64,000 nt of DNA from the NCBI RefSeq assembly GCF_963921235.1, contig NC_086097.1:9920001-9984000 (forward strand). The letters run 5' to 3'. Both the position numbers and the translations under genes were made by a program. Below, one piece after another: positions 49,683 through 62,429 of this stretch. The notes under the pieces are model-generated. The model did not search any database. It was not told the DNA's origin and was given only the letters and a program-made list of their open reading frames with translations. How positions within the stretch are numbered: position 1 is the first letter of the stretch; every line of letters begins with the position of its first letter. This stretch comes from Mobula hypostoma (taxonomy: Eukaryota).

Positions 49683-50419
49683 CTGAGAAGAATGTGGGTA
49701 GATATAAAAGAAAAACTCCAATTTAATTGTCTTTCAACCACGCACACGTATACAGCCAAATGAAACAGCATTCCTCTGGGGCCACGGTGCAAAACACCAT
49801 ATGCACAGTCACACACAGCGCACAGGACATTCTGTAGAGCAGAAAACATATTTCGTCCAAGTCCCTGAGTGTTATGGCCAGTGAATTAATAGTGCATGGA
49901 TGTTGTCCTGGAAACGTATTTCTGCAAGAACAAGCGATGCACAGTCCTAATCACCTGTTAGTGCAGCTGCAGACGAGCACAATCTAACTTGTCTTCCACC
50001 GAACGAACACTGGAGGTAGCACTGATGGGAAGGGCCAGCCTCCAGCCCAGCAGGGAGTCCAGCACGACCACAGTGCTTCTGCTTTCTCCCACGTGCCTTC
50101 GGAGTTCCCTTGTAATTTGTCCTAATTAGATTATTACAAATGGGAGTTTAATTGTCGGCAAGAAGTAAAGGAGACAAGGGCCTGTTTCCATCTAGTATGG
50201 AAATTAACAGCAGGTGAAATAAAATAAATTTCTGCATTACTTAAAGATTAGGAAGACATCCTAACATTATGATCAACAACACCATTTTAAACAACGCTGT
50301 GACAAAGATATTTTCTGGAGATGATTTGTATTTCGTGGAAACATGCAAGTGTAGCTGAAACTTAAATTAATAAATTGATACACTCTTTGAATCTCTAACA
50401 TGGGAAGAACGTCCACACT

Positions 50420-51371
50420 CACCCCCATCTTCCCACCATCTCAACTGTAATAAAGTTCTTCTTGTCCTTACTTACCACCCCAAGAGCCTCCGCATCCAAC
50501 ACATTACCTCCACAACATCTCCAAAGGAATCCTACCACTAAATATATCTTTACCTCCCCCCCTCCACGCTACAGGAATTACTCCATCTGTGATTCCCTTG
50601 CCCATTCGTCCCTCCCCACCAAAATGCTACACCTGCCCACTCTCCTCCTCCATCACCTCCATTCAGGGCTGCAAGCAGTCCTTCCAGGTGAGGCAACACT
50701 TGCAAATCTGTTGGGGCCATCTATTGTGTCTGGTGCTCCCAATGCAGCCTGCTTTACATCGGTGAGACCCGTTGTAATTTGGGGAACCACTTCATTGTGC
50801 ACCTTCACTCCGTCCACCAAAAGCAAACGTCCCAGAAGCTAAACATTCTAATTTTGATTCCCATTCATGTTATGACATATTGGTCCATGCCCTACTCCTG
50901 TGGCATGATGGGGCCATCCTCAGGGTGGACGAGCAACACCTTATATTCCATTTGGGTAGCCTCCAACCTCATGGCACGAATATCGATTTCTCCTTCTGGT
51001 AAAATAAAAATTCCCTTTGCTCTGCTCTTCATGTATCCTCTTATTTCTTTCCTCTTTCCTCTCACTCTTTCCTCTTATTTCTTCTCTCATGCCTTTCACC
51101 TCCCCCTGGTGCCCCTCCTTCTTCCTTCTCTCCTATGGCCCCTCTCCGCTCCTATAAGATTCATTATTCTCCAGCCCTTAATGTTTCCCACCCACCCGGC
51201 TTCACCTATCACCTTCTAGTTATCTTCCATCCCCTCCCCCTACCTTTTTATTCCGGCATCTTCCCCCTTCCTTACCAGTCCTGAAGAAGGTTCTCGGCTC
51301 GGAACGTCGACTATTTATTTACCTCGATTGATGCTGCCTGACCTGCTGAGTTCCTCCAACATTTTGTGTGT
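50420..51371 (+). mobile_element. Penelope-like element 3' part, decayed; hammerhead at ~51276-51313 (CTGAAGA..GGAA)
   Basis: Colinear with 16102-17163 (CCTTCCAGGTGAGGCAACA, GGTGAGACCCG, GGGTAGCCTCCAACCT). Confidence 0.85.
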
Positions 51372-51592
51372 TATAATTTATTTACCTCTCTAATAGAATA
51401 TTGTATTTCCATAAATCTTTCCATGATTCATTCACAAAGACATCTAAATCCTGTTGATCATGAACATCTAATCATGTTCTCTATTTTTTAATAAAATTTA
51501 TTTTTTTTAACTTCCTTACATTTGCCTTTGCTATCCACCCTCAGCTGCCATCATACCCTCTGAGCCTGTTTATTAAGACTATTAAAGACTAT

Positions 51593-52440
51593 TAAAACAT
51601 AGAAGCAGAATAAGGCCATTCAGCCCATCGAGTCTGTTCCACTATTCCAATAAGGCTGAACTCAGATCCCATTGAAATCCATACACCTGCCTTCTCACCA
51701 TAATCTTTGATGTCCTGACCAATCAGGAAACTATGAACTTTTGATTTAAATATACCCACAGTGTTGGCCTCCACAGCTGTCTGTGTCAGAGTATTCCACG
51801 GACTCACTACTCTCTGGCTAAAAAAATTCCTCTGTAACTCTGTCCTAAAGGGTCGTCCTTCAATCTTGAGGCTGTGCCCTTTAGTTCTGGACGTGCTCAC
51901 CATAGGAAACATCCTCTCCACATCCACCTTTTCTAATCCTTTCAACATTCAGTAGGTTTCAATGAGATCCCCCCACATTATTCTAAATTCCAGTGAGTAC
52001 AGGCACAAAGCTACTGAACGCTCCTCATATGTTAACCCCTTCATTCCCAGAATCATTCTCGTGAACGTCCTCCGGACTCTCACCAATGAAAATACATCCT
52101 TTCTGAGATATGGTGATCAAAACTGTTGACAATACCTCAAGGGTGGCTTGACTACTCTCTTACAAAGGCTCAGCATTATCTCTTTGCTTTTATGTTCTAT
52201 TCCCCCTTTAAATAAATGCCAACATTACATTTGCCTTCTTTACCACAGACTTAACCTGCAAATTAATCTTCTGGGAGTCTTGCATAAGGATTCCTAAGTC
52301 CTTCTGCAGCTCTGACGTTTGAAATTTTACCTCATTTAGATAATAGTCTGCATTTTTGTTCTTTTTACCAAATGCATAGATTTCTCAACCCTGTATTCAA
52401 TCTGTCATTTTTTGCCCATTCTTCCAATTTGTCTAAATCC
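51593..52440 (-). mobile_element. CR1 LINE 3' fragment
   Basis: ORF 51592-51948 SRTKGHSLK..NFFSQRVV. Confidence 0.9.
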
Positions 52441-52499
52441 TTTATAGTAACAATTAAATTTCTTGTCTTCTCCTAACATGTTATTTTCCTATCCACCTT

Positions 52500-53270
52500 T
52501 ATATAAATGTCAGCAAGACCAAAGTACTGATTGTGGACTTCAGGAAGGGTAAGGCAAGAGAACACAAACCAATGCTCACCGAGGGATCAGAAGTGCAGTG
52601 AGTAAGCATGTTCAAATTCCTGGTTGTCAATATCTGCAATGACCTAACCTGGTTACAACATATTGATGCAGCTACGAAGAAGGCAATACCGGGGCTATAT
52701 TTCATTTGGAGTTTGAGCAGATTTGGTTTGTCAACTAAAACACTCGAGAACTTCTGCAATGTATCGTGGGAAGCATTCTGACTGGCTGCACCACTGTCTG
52801 GTACGGGGGTGTGGAGCTACTGCACAAGATCAAGATAACCTGCGGAAACTTGTACAATTAATTAGCTCTACCATGGGGTACCGGCCTCCGTAGTGTTCAA
52901 GACATCTTCACGGAGCAGTGCCTTAGGACGGCCGCGTCCATCATTAAGCATCCCCACCACCCAGGACATTCCCTTTTCACACTGTTACCATCGGGAAGGG
53001 GGTACAGAAGTCTCAAAGCACACACTCAGCGATTTAGGAACAGCTTCTTCCCTTCTGACATCCGATTTCTAAATGGACATTAAACCCATGAACACTACCT
53101 CACTACTTCTTTACTTCTGTTTTTTTGCACTACTTTTTTTAAATTAACTATTTAATAGACATATATATACATTAACACACTTACTGTAACTCAGTTTTAT
53201 TTGATCTCTGTATTTATTTATCATGTATTTCACTGTACTGCTGCCATAAAGTTAACAAATTTCATGACAT
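52500..53270 (+). mobile_element. Rex1/Babar-type LINE 3' fragment, decayed
   Basis: NVSKTK.LIVDFRK..; HHPGHSLFTLLPSGRGYRSLKAHTQRFRNSFFP. Confidence 0.85.
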
Positions 53271-53279
53271 AAGCGGACC

Positions 53280-54035
53280 GCACGACCCAATTTAAATTGG
53301 TGGTGCGTAAGTGGACCAGGTCAAAAGCTTTAAGTTCCTTAGGGTCAATATCACAATTGACCTGACTTGGTCTAACCAAGCAGAGAAGGCCCACCAGCGC
53401 CTTTACTTCCTGAGAAAACTAAAGAAATTTGGCCTGTCCCATAAAACCCTCACTAATTTTTATAGATGCACCGTAGAAAGCATTCTTCAAGGGTGCATCA
53501 CAACCTGGTATGGAAGTTGTCCTGTCCAAGACCGAAAGAAGCTGCAGAAGATCGTGAACACGGCGCAGCACATCACACAAACCAATTTTCCATCCTTGGA
53601 CTCACTTTACACCGCACGCAGTCCGAGCAGTGTTGCCAGGATAATCAAGGATACGACCCACCCAGCCAACACACTTTTCGTCCCTCTTCCCTCTGGGAGA
53701 AGGCTCAGGAGCTTGAAGACCCGTGCGATCAGATTTGGGAACAGCTTCTTTCCAACTGCGATAAGACTGCTGAACGGATCCTGACCCGGATCTGGGCCGT
53801 ACTCTCCAAATATCCGGACCTGCCTCTCGGTTTTTTTGCATTACCTTACTTTCCATTTTTCTATTTTCCATTTATGATTTATAATTTAAATTTTTAATAT
53901 TTACTAATTTCACTATTTTAAATATTTTTGATATTTAATATTTGTAATCCAAGGAGTGGGAAGTGCAGAATCAAATATCGCTCTGATGATTGTACGTTTT
54001 AGTATCAATTGTTTGGCGACAATAAAGTAAAGTAA
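53280..54035 (+). mobile_element. Rex1/Babar-type LINE 3' fragment, younger
   Basis: ORF 53311-53784 QRLYFLRKL..FYRCTVESIL..LPSGRRLRSL..NSFFPTAIRLLN; (AAGTA)n tail. Confidence 0.9.
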
Positions 54036-54088
54036 ATGTGATAGTAAATCTGATTCTGATATTATTAGGAAGTATTACAGTCCTGAGC

Positions 54089-54548
54089 AATACACATACA
54101 AAATGCTAGAGGAACTCAGCAAGTCTGGCAGCCTCTATGGAAAGATATAATCAGTCAACATTTCGAGCCAAGTTCCTTCATCAGGATTGGAAAGGAAGAA
54201 GGAATAGGCCAGAATAAGAGGGTGGAGGAGGGAGGGAGTACGATCTAGAAGGTGATAGATGAAGCCAGGTAGGTGGGAGAGTAGGGGGATGGAGTAAGAA
54301 ACTGGGAGGAGAGTGGAAGGAGCCCAATAGGAGAGGAAAGTAGTCCATGAGAGAAAGGGAAGGAGGAGGGGACCCAGGTCTAGTAGATAGGTTGGTGAGG
54401 AGGAGTGAGAAAGTAAGAGGGGGACCAGAGTGTTAAATAGAAGAGGAGCGAAGGGTTGGGGGAAATTACTAAGTTGGAGAAATTGATGTGCATGCCATCA
54501 GTTTGGAGGCTACTCAGGTGGAATATGAAGTGTTGCTCCTCCAACCTG
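54089..54548 (-). mobile_element. Penelope-like element 3' fragment; hammerhead at ~54152-54189
   Basis: LRLEEQHFIFHLSSLQTDGMHINF; reverse strand CTGATGAAGGAACTTGGCTCGAAATGTTGACTG. Confidence 0.85.
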
Positions 54549-54559
54549 AGAATTGTCTC

Positions 54560-54582
54560 GTGTGTCTCGTGTGTGTGTGTGT

Positions 54583-54641
<59 letters not shown>

Positions 54642-54650
54642 CGTGTGTGT
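54560..54650. repeat. (GT)n microsatellite
   Basis: About 90 bp of imperfect GT dinucleotide repeat. Confidence 0.95.
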
Positions 54651-57600
54651 TTGTATTGCAATCATTCTCATCATCTGTCAGTAATGTAGATTATATATAA
54701 CTCAGGTCCTGTACAAATCACCCATTTATTGCAGCTCTATTTTTAATACATTTTACAATCTCTTTTCCACAATAACGCATTGTCATTAATCCCTTGAGTC
54801 AGTGTCCTGAGTTTATAAAAAACGGACATACTAGTGCATATTTCTAGTATTTTGTTTCGGCATAAGCAATACCTTCATTAGAATAACCTTTACTAATGGG
54901 CCCAGGAATTCTAGATGAAATCTGGAGCAGTATAGGAATATAGATGTGTCTATACTCTTTAAACAGAGGATTTCTGCAGATGTTAGAAATCCAGAGCCAC
55001 ATACACAAAATGATGGAGGTACTGAGCAACTTCGGTAGAGAGGAATGAAAAGTCAAGGCCCTTCACCAGGGCCATTAGTCTTTATTCTGTTCAAAATGTA
55101 TCACAGAAATCTGGAATATTTTCTGTCCAGAACGTAAAAACAGAAAATAGGAACAAGAGAACACCATTGAACCCTTTGAGATGGCTCTCTCACTCCCAAT
55201 AAAATTGATTCCTCTAAGTACTTGGAGTTTCTTTCTATTAATCATTGTTTGGTTTGAGTTATATTTTTTATTTCTATTTGTGCTCTGTGTGCAGCTTGAG
55301 AATATTATCTTTCTTGTTGTGTTCATTTTTAGCCTGTTGGTCCAACTTTATATCAGCAGTCAAAAGTTGTTGGTGACTGTGCAGTTGATAAAATTAATCA
55401 CCAGCTGAAGACAGGAAACCTGAGGGAAGTAAAATAAGAGGCTCTATCCCAACTTTGGGAAATGCTCTTCGAAACCTCATCTCCATTTATTATTAGTTAT
55501 GGCCCAGCTCCCTAACTGCTTCCAACTCTCAGAAATTCCCCCAGGTTCCTTTTCTAAGCCAAAATATAAATCAATAGTTGTACTCCAGAAAGACTGATTC
55601 ATACAATTGATAACTACAGTATATCTTTTATCATGATAATTCATGCAATGGCCGTTGACAAGTAACAAATCACTGTTATTCTGAAAGTTTATTTCTCAAA
55701 TGTATTGTGCACAATAGTAAATGCAAAGAAGAAAAAGACAGGATCATTAATATTTTGTACAGCTTAATATAATTTCTCAAGGGCGGAGGCCATGTACAGA
55801 TGGTTCCTTTAATCACTTAATCCTGTTTGCCTCTTCACTCTCAGTTTTGACATAGGGTTTTGAACCAAAAAACTGACAATTTTCTTTCCTCCTGCAGATG
55901 CGGCTTGACCTCCATCAGAAAGTTTAGATGCCAGCATTTACAGATTCATCTGCAATCTCTCTGATTGGATAGATCGGCTGACTGAATGGCTTCACAACAA
56001 CAACCATGAGCTCATCGTCAGTAATTAGTCATGGACTTCAGGAAGAGGAAGTTGGAGAACACACACCAGTCCACATCATGGAAAGGGTGAGCAATTTCAA
56101 GTTCCTGGTTATCAACATCTCAGAGGATATATGCTGGGCCCAATGCATTGATACAATAACAAAGAAGACATGCCAGCAGCTATTCTTCATTAAGAGTTTG
56201 AATAGATTTGGTATGTCACCAAAGACTCTAGCAAATTTCTACAGATTCACCATAATAACAGAAGTGCGTAGTTACAGTGCAAGTACAGAGGGAGAGACAC
56301 TGAAGCAGATGAGCAGTTCACAGACTTTTAATAAGAATTGTGCAGAATTAAAAGAAAAACAATAAATGCTAGGTCAACAGGGCCGTTAACTAAAACTCTC
56401 AAACTGAGATATAATGCCGGCATTGTGGCTAGGAAGCGGTAACTTAATACTAAATAAATACCACTCCTTTACAGTGTCAATCGAATTGATAGTCTTCTTT
56501 ACTGGAACAAGGAGCACTGATGTTGCTGTGCTTTTAGTCTTAACAAGACTGAAAGGAGAGGAAGGGAGTTAAATACCACCGCAATGAAACACTAATTACT
56601 GTCGCTAGAATATGCATACTCATAAATGTGATGGCCAAATCTATTCTGCAGCCCACCCTCGAGGGTGCACAGAACCCCAAGTGTGCGATTGTGGCAGGGA
56701 CCACTCACTAGGCACAGATCCTGTGAGGACAGAGACCTGTGACTGCCAAAAGACATGGATAAGAGACTTGTGTATGATATCAAGGGCCAGAACCCAAGAA
56801 TGTTCCACAGAGCCATGAGACACTAGACCATGTCCCACACCCGGCGAGATGCCAGGAGGCATCACACAGAATAGACCAGGAACCCATCCACCAGGCAGGG
56901 AGGAGGAAGGGGAGGGGTGGCTGGAGCTAGTGGGGAGGTAGTCACTGGCTTGGGCTGGGAAACATGAAACACAGGGTGAAACTTCATTGATAATGGTAGG
57001 TGAAACCTACATATAGGCCCTTGTTGGTAACGTTCTCCACTACGAATGGTTCCATGTAGAATAGGGATAATTTGCACTTCTTGACTTTATAAAGAAGATT
57101 CTTAGACACCCACCAGACTTTCTTCCCTAGCTTGAGAGAACTCACCAGCTGGGCATGTCGTTTCTGAGCATGCAGCAGAGAAACCCTGGCCCATCTCCAT
57201 GTGAAGTTGGACAAACTGATGAGCTAAGGAACTCCCAGGTCAGTCTTTTGATCAGGGAAGGTCCAAAAGTCATTCAAAGGGGGGCATAACAGTGGAGGAT
57301 GACTGGAAGTTATTGTGGGCAATCTCTACCCAAATGAATTGAGAACTCCTGGACATGGGGTTGGAAGAGACCGGACAGCATAGGTTTGGCTCCAGCTCCT
57401 CAATCCAGCTGTTAGATAAAAGACTGGTTGTGGCTCTCAGAAGAGAACAGAAGGCCTTCCAAAAACGTGACATGAACTATGATCATCAGTCAGGCACAAT
57501 ACCCAAGGAGAGCTGTGCAGTCTGAGTATGTGCTGAACCATGAGGGTGGCACTCTCACAAGCCAAAAGGAGCTGAGAGAGAGCAATAAAGTGGACATCCT

Positions 57601-58529
57601 TGGATAATTAGTCCACAGCCACCAGAATGATAATGTTTCCAACAGATGCAAGTGGACAGTGGTGAAATCCACTGAGAGGTGGGCTCAAAGGTGATGAGGC
57701 ACAGTAAGCAGACTGAGCAGAGCCACAGGGTCTAATGTGACACCATGTTCTGGGCACAAATGTGACAGGCAGAGATGAAGTCATGGATGTCCTGGGACAT
57801 AGAGGGCCACCAAGATCATCTCTTGATAAATTCCATGATACATCGGATTCCTGGATGTCCAACCAGACAGGAAGGGTTACCCCACTCCAACACTCTGGCA
57901 CACATCTTGGCAGAGACAAACAGCGGGTTGGGAGGTCTCCCACCTGGATCCAACTGTTGGGCAGCCATCACCTCGTTTTCTATGCCCAAAATCACCAGAG
58001 CAGCAAATCACAAGTAAGAGACGATGGGCTTTGGATTGGTATTATCCTCAAACTCATCAAACTGCCAGTGCAAAGCAACGGCCTTTGTATTATTGCTGCT
58101 GGGATGATAGGTGAGAGTGAAGTTAAACTCAGTGAAGAAGAGAGTCCAACAGGCTTGATGGGAGTTGATTCTTTTGGAATCCCAAATATAGGAAAGGTTC
58201 TTGTGATCTGCCCATACCAAAAAGAGGTGCTCTGTCTCCTCCACCAGTGTCCCATTCTCCCAGAGCCTCCTTGACAACCAGAAGTTCTTGGTTCCCAGCA
58301 CCATAGTTACGTTCAGCAGAAGTCAGGTAACATGAAAGAAAGGAACAGGGATGCAGCTGGTTAGCCACAGAAGTGTATTGGGAAAATACAACTTCATTGC
58401 CGATTTCTGAAGCATCCACCTCAACGACAAATGGATAGGATGAGTATGGGTGTTACAGGTTGCAGTAGTGAAGCACCACTCCACTTCTGAGAATGCTTGG
58501 TTTGCTTCACTTGTCCAAAGGAATCCTGC

Positions 58530-58940
58530 AGGGTTCATATGGAGGGATTTACGGGAGGCTTGGGCAGTTATGGCTCATTAGCCTTGGATGGCAGCCCGCC
58601 TAGGAGAAGGAAAACTCTGATTTTAAACCTTCACCGCCTCATGGCCATACCCACCCATGGGAAAGGCTTCGGGAGTAAACCCCAAGGAAGAAATGCGGAG
58701 CCGGGGTCCCTAAGGCAGTTTGATGTTGTTTACAACTTCACTCTGGCAACCTCTGCAACGACACCGGTGCCAAGCTGTATCAGCGCTTGCCCTTCCCTTG
58801 GACTACGTCAGTGACATGGAGAGGGGGAATCCGCTGCATGGCAACAGCCAGTTCTTCAAATCTTCCCCCCCAGGCTTGCACCCTGTAGAGGACACAGTCC
58901 ACCAGAGGCGCAAACCCATGATCCTCTGGGATCAATAGCT
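58530..58940 (+). mobile_element. RTE 5'-UTR-like repeat inserted in the Gypsy pol
   Basis: GGCAGCCCGCCTAGGAGAAGGAAAACTCTGA motif; homologous to 36885-37081 plus 39791-40115. Confidence 0.55.
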
Positions 58941-59198
58941 GCCTACTGTTTATGGGGTGTGCAACGGAACAAGAGTTTCTGATGAACAGGAGATAAAATT
59001 TTGCAAACCCCATGAAGCACCGCACCTGTTTGACCATAGGTGGTTTAGCCATTCTGTGACAGACTGAACCTTGCATGGGTCCAGTGAACACTGGAAGGGG
59101 TGTGGATATACCCAAGAATGACACCGATTCCTTGAGCATAGCAACTACTTGAAGGTAAACTAAAAGTCACTGACAGGCTAAGTGAGGAAGTATCACAC

Positions 59199-60290
59199 TG
59201 TATGACGTACTTCCAACTAAAAGAATTCCAAATCAAAAGCAATTTGTTTAATCAACACACACACAATGCTGGATGAACTCAGTAGGTTAGGCAGCATCTA
59301 TGAGAAAGATTACAGTCAATATTTTGGGCCGAGAACCCTCATCAGGATCTGATGAAAGCTCTTGGCCTGAAATGTTGACTGTACTCTTTTCCATAGATGC
59401 TCTCTGGCCTGCTGAGATCCCAGCACTGTGTGTCCATTGATTGCTAACTCTGCTAACAGCCACGTGACTCAGTAGTGAGAAGGCAACCTTTCATAAGCAA
59501 TACACGATTAGGATTGGTATGATTTGGTTTCAACCAAACAAGAAAGTCAGGATGTTCTGATCAAGGAACATTGATTCGGTGAATGCTGTGTAAATACTGC
59601 CCCATACACAATTATCAATTGCTAAGAAATGACAGATTGTACACCAGCATAAAATTATAAAGAGAGTCTATTTAGTAATTTTCAACTTTATCAAGCAGTT
59701 AACAGGAAAAGAATAGAAAAATAAAAGGGTCCATTACAGTTAAGCCAGTCTCGTGTGCACATAAACATTGGAGCTCATTTCTGGGGCAGTCCAGTGTATC
59801 AATGCACTCATGCTCTGAACCCATGATCTGCATGAAAGACACCAGTCACAGTTTGAAATTCCCTCGAAGACCATTTTGTATGAACTGGTTTGCTCAGGAG
59901 TATTGGCACTTCCCCCTTAGATTCATTCGTCTGCCCTAAGTACTTCATACAACGAGGTCTCTCCTTCGAGCAGCATTCTGCATCTTCCCCTGTGCCCCAC
60001 TCCACAGCTCCCACCAAGAGACCCCAAATCAGACTACTGTCCTTCAGAAAACTAATCCTGCCCAGCCCTCTCGAATGTTCCATGTCATCCCACTGGGCAG
60101 AAAGTTACAACATGTATCAAGACAACTCGGATATGCTGACACAACATTCCTAAGTTCGACAACATGGCTCCTTATCTTTAGCCGAAGCCAAAGGATTCTT
60201 ACGAGCAGGACACACTGTCTTTGCAGAAAACTGATAAAATAAAAACATCTAGCAGCATAGCAGTCGGAATCTTAACCAAGGCATCAAACA
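59199..60290 (-). mobile_element. Solo-LTR-like element, family A copy 4, inserted in the Gypsy RT
   Basis: Reverse strand starts TGTTTGATGCCTTGGTTAAGATTCCGACTGCTATGCTG, matching 671 onward; shares ATGAGCTCCAATG..GTGCACA. Confidence 0.65.
59253..59433. mobile_element. Palindromic PLE-derived element with two inverted hammerhead motifs
   Basis: Centre CTCATCAGGATCTGATGA; the arms are imperfect reverse complements. Confidence 0.8.
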
Positions 60291-62429
60291 ACAATAAAAT
60301 CATTTGTCTCTTCTGTAATTCATGTAAAACAAAAATGACTGAGATGAGCGTAATTGGATCAAGTTCAAACAAAGACGAGCAGTCAGCAAGAAGTATGCAC
60401 TCTCTACTCACCCCCTTTCTGTGCCCACGTACAGGCAACAGGTGATCCTGTTCACTTATTTCTTCTGCCACCAAAACCCATGTGACAAATGACCTCCGCC
60501 CAGAGTGAGGACGTGGAACACAAATACAATCAAGATAGTCAATATAAATAGATACATTGTGGAACTCACATTTCTCTACCTTGGTGTCAAATGTTATTCT
60601 CAGGAGCTGTCTGAGAACCCACTGGACATACTGGATATGTTCCTTATGAGAGTGAGAATTGGTCTGTACGTCTTCGAAATACACCAAAGCAAACAGATTC
60701 TACATATCACTGAGTACATCATTGACCGGAGCCTGTAAAACAGCAGGATCATAGGCTAGACCAAAGGGCATCACTGGGTACTCGTAGTGACTAGTAAAGG
60801 GATGAAGGCTGTCTTCAGCTTGCACCCTTCTCGAATACGAATCAGCTTATGACCACAGCACATGCTGTATTTATCTTGGAAAATAAGGTTGCTTTCTGGA
60901 GGTGTCCAAAAAGCAGGGGAAGAGGGTAGTGGTTCTTCACTATGATATTGCTGAGGGACCCACAATCAATGCAGGGATGGAACTTTCCATCATTTTTGCT
61001 CATAAAAGGAAGCCTGTCTCTGCTGGAGAAGCTGGGGATGGAGAAACCTTAAGGACAATGTCTCTTTGGTGTACTCTTCCATGGCCAACATTTCAGGATG
61101 AGAGATGGAGAGGAGTCAGCTTGAAGAAAGACTAGTATCAGGTAAGAGGCCAATGGCACAGTCATTTGGTCAACGTGGGGGCAGTGAGGAGGCCTTCTTT
61201 TTAATGAAGCCCTCAAGAAGTTCAGCATATTCATCCAGAATGCCAGACAGGTACACTAGCAGATGACACAGGAGGGGAGTCACAGACAGGGGCTCGTGCT
61301 GTACTCCGACAGGTAGACAGCCATGTCAGACCGCACTCTTGGGGAACTTTAAGAGAGCAATCAATCCCTAGGCCGTGTCGAGATGATCAGGGGAAACCAA
61401 GCAGCGGTGAAAGTTCCAATGAATCAACCAGCTAGAAGGAGAGCTGTTCTCCTATGTTTGCTGTCTAGCACAATTTGGCCGGTTTCTGTGGAAAGGTGTA
61501 TCTTGCCAGTGCAGAGAGGACAACCACCCAGAGCCTTGACATTGATATTTTCTCTCAGTTGCTGAGTTGGAACTCTCCTTTTCTGAGCAAGACAGATAAC
61601 CAAAATGTTCCCAGCTGCCCTGGAATCAATAAATGTCTGAAATTTGTGGGTCTGGGACCATAACGACAAGGAAGCTGGGAGCATTACATAATTAGGGGAA
61701 AACAATTACCCTGTTTCCTGCTAATGGGTCTCCCCTTTTAATGGGCACATGCGACAAGAAGCCTGGAAGTGTGTGGATCACCACAGTAACGGCAGGAACC
61801 CATCCTCGTGTGCTGACTTAATTCTTCCTGAGATTGGTGCATATTACCCACCTGCAAAGACACCTTGGTGGGCTGTGTCCTGGGTGATACGAGAGAAGGT
61901 ACAGATATACGGTGACTTAAGGAGCAGGTAGCTTGTTGCATTCTTACTCTGGGACACTCAGTTCCTAGTTGTCAGTTCCACCCTGATTCCACTGCAAACG
62001 TGCAGAACTTTACAATGTAGTCCCTCACTGGCCCTCTACCTTGGTGCTGGTCCAGAAGTCAATGGGCAGCTGTGTGACCCTATATGAGAATATCTAAAAC
62101 TCCCTTGAACTTGACAACAAATTGCCAGAATGAGTGAGCTGCAGGGGAACAAGCTGAATGTAAGTCCATCTAAGACATTCACCATGTCTGCTAGTTTATG
62201 TGTATCATCACTAAACTGACCAGACTAGGCTTGGAAGGTTGGTCCACACCGGGTAATAAAATTCCTGTAACAATCGGTGTAACCAGAGCATCTGTCTGGT
62301 GGAGAAATACTCAGTTCTGATCCAGCACAGTTACAAGAGTCTGGACCTTAGTGGCCAGTGTTGCTAAGGCTGTTGAAGAGGAGCATCTGGGAGATGCTAG
62401 GAGTGAGATTGACATAGCCAGAACTGTTA

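Larger units (their letters stand above)
56254..62400 (-). mobile_element. Decayed Ty3/Gypsy LTR retrotransposon (gag-PR-RT-RH-IN), with nested insertions; possible 3' LTR at ~56254-56671
   Basis: In minus-strand order: CRYCGDPH knuckle, FIDSRAAGN protease, IRIREG..KTAF and KVEKCEFH RT, DASEIG..AERNY..ELL and DHKNL RNase H, FWKAF integrase, FHPVFHVSQ.KP. Confidence 0.9.

Noticed and set aside
54380..54700. Thr-His and Cys-Val repeat ORFs
   Set aside because: Translation of the (GT)n microsatellite
56254..62400. Domesticated PEG10/RTL-like gene
   Set aside because: The reading frame is broken by many stops, frameshifts and insertions
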